Below, piece by piece: positions 1 through 8,200 of a DNA stretch of 32,000 nucleotides. Position 1 is the first letter of the stretch, and every line of letters starts with the position of its first letter. The notes under the pieces were generated by a model. It saw nothing but the letters and a program-made list of their open reading frames with translations. It ran no database searches and was not told where the DNA came from. The position numbers and the translations under genes are program-made. Source of the stretch: Nanobdellota archaeon (GTDB lineage Archaea; Nanobdellota; Nanobdellia; Nanobdellales; Nanobdellaceae); contig AP031373.1 of the NCBI GenBank assembly GCA_042850255.1, positions 270,001-302,000 of the forward strand. The letters run 5' to 3'.

Positions 1-64
1 AATAAAAAATAAAGTATTATTATTGTAATTACTAATTCAAAAAATATTGTTATACTAAATGTTC

Positions 65-448
65 TCATGATATTAATACTTCTACTAAATATAAATTACC
101 TTGATAATAACAAACTCTCCTAAATTCTATATAATTATTACTTACATTTTCTCCAAATGTTAATATTTCTCCATTATTTAAATTTTCATATATTATTTCA
201 TATGGTCTACTTATATTTAAATTATCTAAAATGTTGGAATTAAAATCATTAGATGTTAAATTACATATAGGATTGGCATACTGTTCTGTTATTTCCTTCA
301 TTATTATTCTTCCATCCATAAATTCATTAAAAAAATTTTCATATTTTGTATTTATAACATATATACTAGCAACCTTTTCCATAAGTAATAAAGTAATGAA
401 AAATATTACAACAACGATTACTAATAATTCAAAAAATCTATCTAGCAT
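65..448 (-). CDS. hypothetical small membrane-anchored protein
   Basis: 127-aa ORF with an N-terminal hydrophobic helix (FELLVIVVVIFFITLLLM) followed by an Asn-rich soluble part. No family recognised by eye. Confidence 0.45.
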   Translation of the reverse strand: MLDRFFELLVIVVVIFFITLLLMEKVASIYVINTKYENFFNEFMDGRIIMKEITEQYANPICNLTSNDFNSNILDNLNISRPYEIIYENLNNGEILTFGENVSNNYIEFRRVCYYQGNLYLVEVLIS

Positions 449-490
449 ATACTAATATATCTTATAAAGCTTTTTATATATAAATCCTAA

Positions 491-1066
491 ATGGACTCTA
501 AGTTAGTATCATTATTAAAGGAAAATAAAAAAATAGTTACTGTTACTGCTAGAAATTTACCTGTATCTAGAAAGGATTCTGAAGAAGTTGGTAGATTTAT
601 CAAATATTTAACAATACCATTAGCAAAAAAATATTTAGAAATGGTGATTAATTATAAAATTGCAGTACCTTTATATAAATATCATAAAAAACAAGCTCAT
701 CACAAAAATGTAATGGGAAAAATACCTTATGGAAGATATCCAATAAAAGTTTCTAAATATTTTATAAAATTATTAAATTCTTTAGAAAGTAATGCAAAAA
801 ATTTAGGTTTAGATCCAAATAAAATAGTTATAATATCTGTAGATGCTTCAAAAGGAAATAAATTTCCTGGTAGATTAAGAGTAACAAAATTAAAGACCGG
901 AGAAGGAGGAATTAGAAGAGTTTTATTTATTGCTCATAAAAAAGTTGCACATATTAAAATATATGGATTATATGTAGAAACTTTAGATACAACAAAAAAA
1001 TTAAAGAAAAAGGCTTTAAAACAAATTATTAAACAAATATTAAAGGAATGGCAGCAAAAAATATAG
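491..1066 (+). CDS. rpl22: 50S ribosomal protein uL22 with Lys-rich C-terminal tail
   Basis: The N-terminal region VTARNLPVSRKDSEEVGRFIK is typical of L22. The gene sits directly upstream of uS3 and overlaps it by 19 nt, as in the S10-type operon. Confidence 0.8.
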   Translation: MDSKLVSLLKENKKIVTVTARNLPVSRKDSEEVGRFIKYLTIPLAKKYLEMVINYKIAVPLYKYHKKQAHHKNVMGKIPYGRYPIKVSKYFIKLLNSLESNAKNLGLDPNKIVIISVDASKGNKFPGRLRVTKLKTGEGGIRRVLFIAHKKVAHIKIYGLYVETLDTTKKLKKKALKQIIKQILKEWQQKI

Positions 1067-1728
1067 AAGAAATAGTTAAAGAAAAAAGAATAGAAGCAGT
1101 ATTGGATAAGGTATTAAAAGATGAATTTAAAGGAAAATTAATTAGTAAAGTTGAATATTTAAAGATTTCTATGGGTACAAAAGTTATAATATATTGTGCT
1201 AGACCTAGATTAGTTTTAGGAAGATCAAATGAAAATTTAGAAAAAATAAAGAAAATAGTTGAAAAAATAACTGGAGCAAAAGATCCAATGATAGAAGCTG
1301 TTGCTGTAGAAAACCCATTATTAGATTCTGAAATTGTTGCAGATTTAATTGCATCCCAAATTGAAAAATATGGAAATAGAGCAATAAGAAGGATAATGCA
1401 AAGGACAATGGATTTGGTATTACAAGCTGGTGCATTGGGTATAGAAGTTAGAGTTACTGGAAAAGTTATAGGAGATAGATCTTCTACAATTAGAGAACAA
1501 AAAGGATATATAAAGAAATCTGGAGAATTAAATAAAATAATTGGAAAAAGTATTAGACATGCTAAATTACCTTCAGGAGTTATAGGAGTTCAGGTCAGGA
1601 TATTAAAATCTGGAGAGATATTACCAGATAGAATTAAAATAAAAGATATAAGTGAAATAAATCCAGAAGAATTAGAAAAAATAGATCCTTCTTTATTAGA
1701 AAAATTAACAAAGGAAGAAAATAAATAA
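1048..1728 (+). CDS. rps3: 30S ribosomal protein uS3
   Basis: KH-domain N-terminus and the conserved core GALGIEVRVTGKV..GDRSSTIREQKGYI. Gene order is uL22 then uS3. Confidence 0.9.
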   Translation: MAAKNIEEIVKEKRIEAVLDKVLKDEFKGKLISKVEYLKISMGTKVIIYCARPRLVLGRSNENLEKIKKIVEKITGAKDPMIEAVAVENPLLDSEIVADLIASQIEKYGNRAIRRIMQRTMDLVLQAGALGIEVRVTGKVIGDRSSTIREQKGYIKKSGELNKIIGKSIRHAKLPSGVIGVQVRILKSGEILPDRIKIKDISEINPEELEKIDPSLLEKLTKEENK

Positions 1729-1729
1729 A

Positions 1730-2968
1730 TTAAGAGCCATACATAATATACTTATCCAACTTATCTAAGAATATTTTTATAACATCAATTCCTTTTATTC
1801 TTCCCAAAGTTCCTTTTATACATTTTCTTTCTGAAAAGTTTTTCACAAATCCGTATCTAGAATTTTCACTATAAATTAATATGGGTACAGGATCTGATGT
1901 ATGTCTTCCTAATATTGATGAGGTAGAATGATCTCCAGTAATAGTTATTACATCAAATTCATCTTTTACCTTTTCTATTAACTCTTTATCTACTCTTTCT
2001 ATAAATTTTTTCTTTTCTTCAGGTTTTTTATCATGTGATAAAGAATCTGTACCTTTTAAATGAATAAATACAATATCATATTTATCCCTATAACTTATTG
2101 CAGATTCTGCAAATGAAAATATATTTTCATTGGCAGTTCCATTAGTACCTAAAGGTTTATATATATCCATACCTACATATTTTGCTACTCCTAAATACAT
2201 AGGTGCTGCTGCTAGAAATATTGCCTTTACATTATATCTATTTGGAAATAAATCATTTTCATCCAATTTTTTATATTTAGATGGAGATCTTATTAATAAA
2301 TAATTTATTTCTGGTAAACTTTTTTCTTTTCTTTCTTTATTTATATTATGATTTTTAGAAAAATTATAAAATTCTTCTATTAATTTATTTAATACTTCTG
2401 CAGTTTCTTTTGCTTCTTCATCCTTATACTTTATTTCTGGAACTTTTATATTTTCTTCATGTAAATCGTTATCAGTAACTTTTTCAGATTTTAATCCTTT
2501 TATAACTAAAACTCCTCTATGTTCTACACCATGTTTTATTATTATTTTTATATTATATTCTTTTTCTATTTTTTCTTTTATTTCTTCGAAATCTTTTAAT
2601 AATTCTTCTAGTCCATAATCATTTCTTCCAATTCTTCTATCTATTAATATATTATTATTATCTACTGTACCGAAATTTAATCTAAATGCTATATCCCCTT
2701 CTTCTAGTTCTATATTATTTCCCAATGCTTCAAATATTCCTCTACCTCTATAGTATTTATCTACATCATATCCAAATAAGGATAAATGCCCTGTATCACT
2801 TCCTGGAACAAATCCTGGTCCTACTGTATCTACAACCCCACATTCAGATTTCCTAACCAATTTATCTATATTTTTCTTTTCTGCAGCTTCTAAAGGTGTT
2901 TTATTTCCCAATTTTTTATTTATATGATCTCCCAATCCATCCAATATTATAAATAGTCCTTTCTTCAT
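1730..2968 (-). CDS. apgM: archaeal 2,3-bisphosphoglycerate-independent phosphoglycerate mutase (ApgM type)
   Basis: 412 aa. N-terminal FIILDGLGD metal-binding motif, plus ITGDHST and HTSDPVP motifs of the alkaline-phosphatase superfamily. Its stop codon lies 1 nt from the uS3 stop. Confidence 0.85.
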   Translation of the reverse strand: MKKGLFIILDGLGDHINKKLGNKTPLEAAEKKNIDKLVRKSECGVVDTVGPGFVPGSDTGHLSLFGYDVDKYYRGRGIFEALGNNIELEEGDIAFRLNFGTVDNNNILIDRRIGRNDYGLEELLKDFEEIKEKIEKEYNIKIIIKHGVEHRGVLVIKGLKSEKVTDNDLHEENIKVPEIKYKDEEAKETAEVLNKLIEEFYNFSKNHNINKERKEKSLPEINYLLIRSPSKYKKLDENDLFPNRYNVKAIFLAAAPMYLGVAKYVGMDIYKPLGTNGTANENIFSFAESAISYRDKYDIVFIHLKGTDSLSHDKKPEEKKKFIERVDKELIEKVKDEFDVITITGDHSTSSILGRHTSDPVPILIYSENSRYGFVKNFSERKCIKGTLGRIKGIDVIKIFLDKLDKYIMYGS

Positions 2969-2973
2969 ATTGA

Positions 2974-2987
2974 TTATTTAAATTTTA
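2974..2987 (+). promoter_or_regulatory. putative TATA-like box for tRNA-Leu (TTATTTAAATTTTA at -33..-20)
   Basis: The same kind of box, ending in AAATTTT at about -27..-20, is seen upstream of tRNA-Ala, tRNA-His and the hairpin preceding tRNA-Ser. The motif is AT-only in an AT-rich genome, so this is weak evidence. Confidence 0.35.
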
Positions 2988-3006
2988 TTAAATATAAGAT
3001 ATTAAT

Positions 3007-3091
3007 GCGGCGGTGCCCGAGCTGGACAAAGGGGTCGGGCTCAAGACCCGATGGAGCAGATCCGTCAGGGGTTCAAATCCCCTCCGCCGCA
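3007..3091 (+). tRNA. tRNA-Leu(CAA), type II with long variable arm, no encoded CCA
   Basis: Acceptor GCGGCGG/CCGCCGC plus discriminator A. Anticodon arm TCGGG-CTCAAGA-CCCGA. T arm GGGG-TTCAAAT-CCCC. GC-rich island in AT-rich DNA. Confidence 0.9.
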
Positions 3092-3092
3092 G

Positions 3093-3437
3093 TTATAATT
3101 TTTTATAATCTTTATAATAAATATCTAAGATTTCTTTCCAAGATTTTTTATATATATGAAATTCAAAATATGGATTTTCATTCACAGATTCTTTTAATTC
3201 TCTCAATATTTTTAACCAATCTTTATATGTATCATCTGGAATGAAAACAACTATATCATAATCAGATCCTTCTAAATAATCTCCTCTTACTCTAGATCCT
3301 ACTAAATATATTTCTAAATTATATTTATTTGCAATATTTTTTATATTTTCAAAATATTTTTCCAAATTTTTGTCTAGATCTTCTTTAAACTTTTTCAATA
3401 AATTAAAATATTCAATTTCTAAATCCATACTTTTCAA
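3093..3437 (-). CDS. minimal nucleotidyltransferase (MNT) domain protein, partner of the upstream HEPN protein
   Basis: Pol-beta-type NTase signature GSRVRGDYLEGSDYDIVVF (GS..x..D.D). Overlaps the upstream HEPN ORF by up to 26 nt. The stop codon is 1 nt from the tRNA-Leu 3' end. Confidence 0.8.
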   Translation of the reverse strand: MKSMDLEIEYFNLLKKFKEDLDKNLEKYFENIKNIANKYNLEIYLVGSRVRGDYLEGSDYDIVVFIPDDTYKDWLKILRELKESVNENPYFEFHIYKKSWKEILDIYYKDYKKL

Positions 3438-3774
3438 ATATTTTATTTACAAAATTTAATGCTTTTTCATATTCTTCTTTAGAATATTCTTTTTCTAAAT
3501 ATCTACCAGATATGTAAACATCATTTAATAAATCAATTACTAATAAATCTTCTTCTGAAAAACTATAATTTAAAATTTCTAATAACTTTTTTATATCATG
3601 AGTTTTAGGAAATTCTCCAATATTTTCCAATATTTTTGCTTTTAGGAATAATTGCAATGATTGTTCTAAATATACTAATGCTAAATCATAAAATTTATCA
3701 TTATATGCTCTTAAGGAATCATTATACAATCTTCTAGATCTTTTCATTAGAATTTCATATAGATATTTTTTCAT
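3412..3774 (-). CDS. HEPN domain protein (PF05168-like)
   Basis: 120-aa helical protein with LEQSLQLFLKAKIL...PKTHDIKKLLEIL and C-terminal ISGRY, matching the HEPN pattern. Translationally coupled to the MNT gene. Confidence 0.7.
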   Translation of the reverse strand: MKKYLYEILMKRSRRLYNDSLRAYNDKFYDLALVYLEQSLQLFLKAKILENIGEFPKTHDIKKLLEILNYSFSEEDLLVIDLLNDVYISGRYLEKEYSKEEYEKALNFVNKIFEKYGFRN

Positions 3775-3967
3775 TATATATTAATTTATCTAAAAATATT
3801 AATATATTAGTAAGAATTTTTACTTGTCAATGGTTATAAAGATTTTTATTAACAGATAATTTATCACTTATCCATTGATACATAGATTTAGATATATTTA
3901 TAAATATATTTGAAAAACTTTATATATTTAATATATAAATATTTCCAATAGTAAAACTTATATTTAT

Positions 3968-4033
3968 CAAAAGCGTATAATATATACCCGAATTTTGAAA
4001 ATAGAATATTCGAGCTTATTATATACGCTTTTG
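3968..4033. repeat. 66-nt imperfect palindrome / hairpin-forming element of unknown function
   Basis: Perfect 12-bp outer stem CAAAAGCGTATA (3968-3979) / TATACGCTTTTG (4022-4033). 9+9-nt internal loop. Inner 5-bp stem CGAAT (3989-3993) / ATTCG (4008-4012). 14-nt loop TTTGAAAATAGAAT. It lies in the largest intergenic gap of the window. Confidence 0.5.
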
Positions 4034-4138
4034 GAATTTATAAATATTATAGATACCACTTTATTATAATAAATTATAGAAACATGTCCATCCCATAACA
4101 TCTATAGCCAGATTAAAGCTATCTATTTATTTTAAAAG

Positions 4139-4210
4139 TGGACCCGCCGGGATTTGAACCCGGGATCTCCGGCTTGCAAGGCCGGCATCCTACGACTAGA
4201 CTACGGGCCC
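4139..4210 (-). tRNA. tRNA-Ala(UGC), no encoded CCA
   Basis: The reverse complement reads GGGCCCG...CGGGTCC+A with the G3:U70 alanine identity pair. Anticodon arm CCGGC-CTTGCAA-GCCGG. T arm CCGGG-TTCAAAT-CCCGG. Confidence 0.9.
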
Positions 4211-4228
4211 TTACTTAATATTCTATAC

Positions 4229-4243
4229 AAAAATTTATATAAA
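4229..4243 (-). promoter_or_regulatory. putative TATA-like box for tRNA-Ala (TTTATATAAATTTTT at -33..-19)
   Basis: Same spacing and similar sequence as the boxes upstream of tRNA-Leu and tRNA-His. Confidence 0.35.
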
Positions 4244-4250
4244 AAATCAT

Positions 4251-5196
4251 TTATAGGTCTTCGTATAATAAATTCTGATAATAAGTTGGATAATAATTGG
4301 ATTCTTTATTAGTTCCTTTTAACTTCTTAATTAAATTTAGATATAAATTTTCTATATTTTTATAATTTTTTAATATATCAATATAATTTTTATCAAGAAT
4401 CTTTCTATTGGTTTTCACTTCTATATCTCTAATAATGTCGATAGTATCATCAATATTCCTTATTCCTATTATTTTTTCCATATAATTTTTTCTTTCAAAT
4501 ATGTTTAGTTCTAATAAAGCTTTTAATAAATTATTTACAATTTCTGGTAATATTTTTTTGTATCCTGTTTCAAATATTCTATATACAGATCTCTCTAATT
4601 CTAATGATTCTTCCAAATTTATATTTGGTTCTTCTGAATTAGGAACTATATTAGAAAATGGCCTTTCATATACCGTTTCATATCCTTTATGTGTTTCTAT
4701 ATATCTTAAATAGTTATCTAATGATTCTTCAAATTTGTTTATATTCTCCTCTACTTCTTTCAAACTATTAACATATTTTCCTACATCAAAATCGTATTTA
4801 TTATTTAAAATATAATTTAAAATATGTAAAATAACATCTAAATTATCTTTACTATAATATAATCTAGAAACTGTTTTAGATATTAAATATCCTATAAAAA
4901 TTCTTGTAGGAGTTATTTCTTCACCATTTTTTGTATAATAAAATAATAGTGATTTTCTAAAATAACTCTTTTCATTACATCATTATTAAGCATTTTATTA
5001 TATTTGTTCATCAATGTAATTATAACTCCTTTTATGTGATCTTTATTATTTTTTATATAATCACTAAACTCTTCGGGAAAATCATTAGAATTAATAATTT
5101 CTTGAAAAATATTGTCTAAATCTTTATAAGTTCTCTATAGCTTTCATATATACTATCACCTTCGTTATATTTTATATCAAAATTGCCATTTACCAC
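4251..5196 (-). pseudogene. fragmented hypothetical gene (three consecutive open frames, about 315 codons); the 3' part 4251-4979 is one intact frame
   Basis: Frame A runs 5196-5119 (VVNGNFDIKYNEGDSIYESYRELIKI*). Frame B runs 5134-4916 (..DNIFQEIINSNDFPEEFSDYIKNNKDHIKG..QKMVKK*). Frame C runs 4979-4254 and includes the listed 170-aa ORF, preceded by 72 start-less open codons. Stop-free stretches this long are unlikely by chance at this AT content. Confidence 0.4.
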
Positions 5197-5225
5197 ATAA
5201 TATTAATAAAAAGAATACTTAAAAA

Positions 5226-8200
5226 TCAAGCTAATATACATTCTGACCATCCACAATCTAAACAAGTTATACAACCACTTTGATGCTTTAATCTTGTACT
5301 TCCACATACAGGGCATTTTTCAACTTTTATATCGTTATTTACATTTTCTGGTGTTATCTTTGGTTCTGGAATATTAATATTTACTTTTATATTATTTTCT
5401 TTTTTATTATCTTGAATTAATTCATAATACCACATTGGAACCTTTATTCCAAATTCTTTTAATAATTCTAATGTTTTATTTTCTATTTTTCCTTCTTTTA
5501 TTAATCTTAAATAATCCCTTATTCTATTTTTACCAACTTCTGCAGGTGCATAATACACTTGTGCAGATTTTGATCCTTCTCTATATATTGTAATTCCTTT
5601 ACATCCAGTTTTATATGCAAATACATATGCGCCATGTACATCTTCTGGGGTAACCCAGGATGGCATATTTATTGTTTTAGATATTGATGTAGTAATCCAA
5701 ATTTGTGCAACCGCTTGTGCTCTAACATGATCCCACCATGGTATATCTAATGCTGTCAAGAATATTCTTTTTAAATCATCTGGAATTTCATCTATTCCTA
5801 ATAAACTTCCTCCATTGTCTGATATTTTCTTTAATATTTCTTCATTATATAATCCCCTTTCTTTTAATTGTCTTTCTAATTCTACATCTACATAATAATA
5901 TACTCCAGCTGTTACTCTTTTTTCATATACTAATGCGTATTGTGGTTCTATTCCTGAAGAAACATCTACTAACATAGATATAGACCCTGTAGGAGCAATG
6001 GATGTAACTTCTACATTCCTTATTCCATACTTTTTAATCAATTCTACTACTTTATCCCAATCTAATGTCCATAATTCTTTATGATAATATCCTTCTATTG
6101 GTAATTCTCCATCTTTATATGAAGTTTCATTATATTTAGGAAATACACCCCTAGTTTTTGCCCTTTCTATAGATTCTAACATTGAATAATATGTTAAATA
6201 TTCTGTTACTCTCATAACAAATTTGAATCCTTCTTCTGATGAATATGGTATTCCTAATGCAAACATTGCATCTGCAAGTCCCATATAACCCAAACCAACT
6301 CTTCTTACAGCTTTTGATCCTTCTTCTATTTCTGGAATTGGATACTTATTTACATCTAATACATTATCTAAAAACCTATATGCCCATTTTATTGTTTCTA
6401 TATATCTTTCCCAATTAAATTCAGGTTTTCCATCTTTAAAATCAATCATTGCATATAAATTAATTGATCCTAAATTACATGATTCATAAGGATAAAGAGG
6501 TTGTTCACCGCAGTTATGACTTATTAATCCATTTGTAATATAAATATGTTCTTCTGGTACAGTCATATCGTATACAACTTTTTCTCCTACATATTCTACA
6601 GATTTTACTGTTAGATATAAATCTCCAGGTACATTATCCTTTACTCTATTTACTATCTTTTTAATAAACAAATCATAATTATCTACTATTAATGTATGTT
6701 TATTATTTTCTATATAAATCTTTGATAATATTCCAAATAATAGTAGTAGTTTTTGTATTTCTTTTAATAATTTTATATTATCTATTATTTTTATTTTATC
6801 GTTTTCTACAATTCCTTTAGATACAAATATTCCATATATAAATCCTTTTACAAATTCTGAATTTGCATAATATACGATCTCTGGTATATTTTCCTTAATA
6901 TTTTTTCCAATTGAAAATCCTAAATTATAATCTAATTTTATTCCTTTATATTCTTTTAATCCATAATTTTCTATATTATCTATATCTATTCTAGCAAGTT
7001 TTACTTTATCTCCAGCTTTTAAATCCGATATCTTTTTCCATCCATCTTTAGTAATAAATCTATGATCATCAGTTGCTTCTATTTCCAATCCTTCATCAAA
7101 TATTACTTTATATACTTTCTTATAACCAACTTTCCATACATATCCTGGTTTTTCTTCTAATGTACTATATGATATGGATTTTCCCTTAGTATTTACATAA
7201 ACTATATTTTCTTCAACCGGAATTAATATATTAGTTAAATATGCAAACTTTTCTCCTCCTTTAGATATATCCAATGAATATAATATATCTTTACTATGTA
7301 TTTTTGCTAAATTATATAGATCTTCTATTTTTATATAACCAAATGGTGTTAATACTCTCGTATCTCCAACTACACATGGATTAGTAGCCCTAATTGGTCC
7401 TCTAAATTTATATTGCATATTTCTTCTATTTATATTATCCATAAATAAGCATCCAGGATCTGCTTTTTCCCATGCAACATATGCAATTTCTGATAACAAT
7501 TGTTTTGGATCAATATATGATACTATCGCATCTTTTGGTAAATTATCTGGATTATAATTTGGATCTCCTGGGAATGGATAATTATACTTTCTTAATATTC
7601 TTGGGTTTAATAATGGATAAGGTTTATTTTCTTCATAATATTTCCAAAATTCTGGTTCAACCATTACAGATATATTAAAGTTCTCTAATACTCCTTCTTT
7701 TTCTTTTGCATGTACAAATTTTAATATATCTGCGTGCCAGGATTCCAAAACACCCATATTAGCACCCCTTCTTTTATTATGTATTAAGAATCCATTTACT
7801 GTATATTTTCCTGAAGAAGTTTCAAAGTGGAATACTTCTTTTTTTGTTTTTTCTATCTTCTTAACCTTTACAAATATATATCTTTCATATATACCATCAA
7901 ATTGTTTTTCTAATTCTGGGAATTGTTTCTTTAATCTTGTTAAAGAATAATAAGATAAATTCCTGTATCCTAACATATATTTATGAACTTTTCTATAGAA
8001 TTTACTAGCTTTTTCTTTATCTTCCATTTTTATTGCATCAAAAATCAATTGTAATTTATATTGTGGATTTGGTATTATTCTAATTCTTTCATATTTTTTA
8101 TTAAATTTAATCTTTTGATTCTTTTCTTCAGATATAAAACCAATTTTTTCTTTAAACCTTTCAATACTTTCTTTATCTATAATATATAATACATATATAT

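Noticed and set aside
65-448. Possible type IV pilin-like (class III signal peptide) nature of the 127-aa ORF
   Set aside because: It has a hydrophobic N-terminus with a Glu (MLDRFFELLV...), but no G/A at the expected cleavage position and no similarity to the 14093-17258 modules. There is not enough evidence to support the call.
231-455. 74-aa plus-strand ORF antisense to the 65-448 ORF
   Set aside because: The two ORFs are mutually exclusive. The minus-strand ORF is longer and has a clear transmembrane helix plus soluble-domain organisation, while the plus-strand product is low-complexity.
3005-3244. 79-aa plus-strand ORF (MRRCPSWTKGSGSRPDGADPSGVQIPSAA...)
   Set aside because: Its first third is simply a translation of tRNA-Leu, and the rest is antisense to the MNT gene. 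It is an artefact of the GC-rich tRNA lacking stops.
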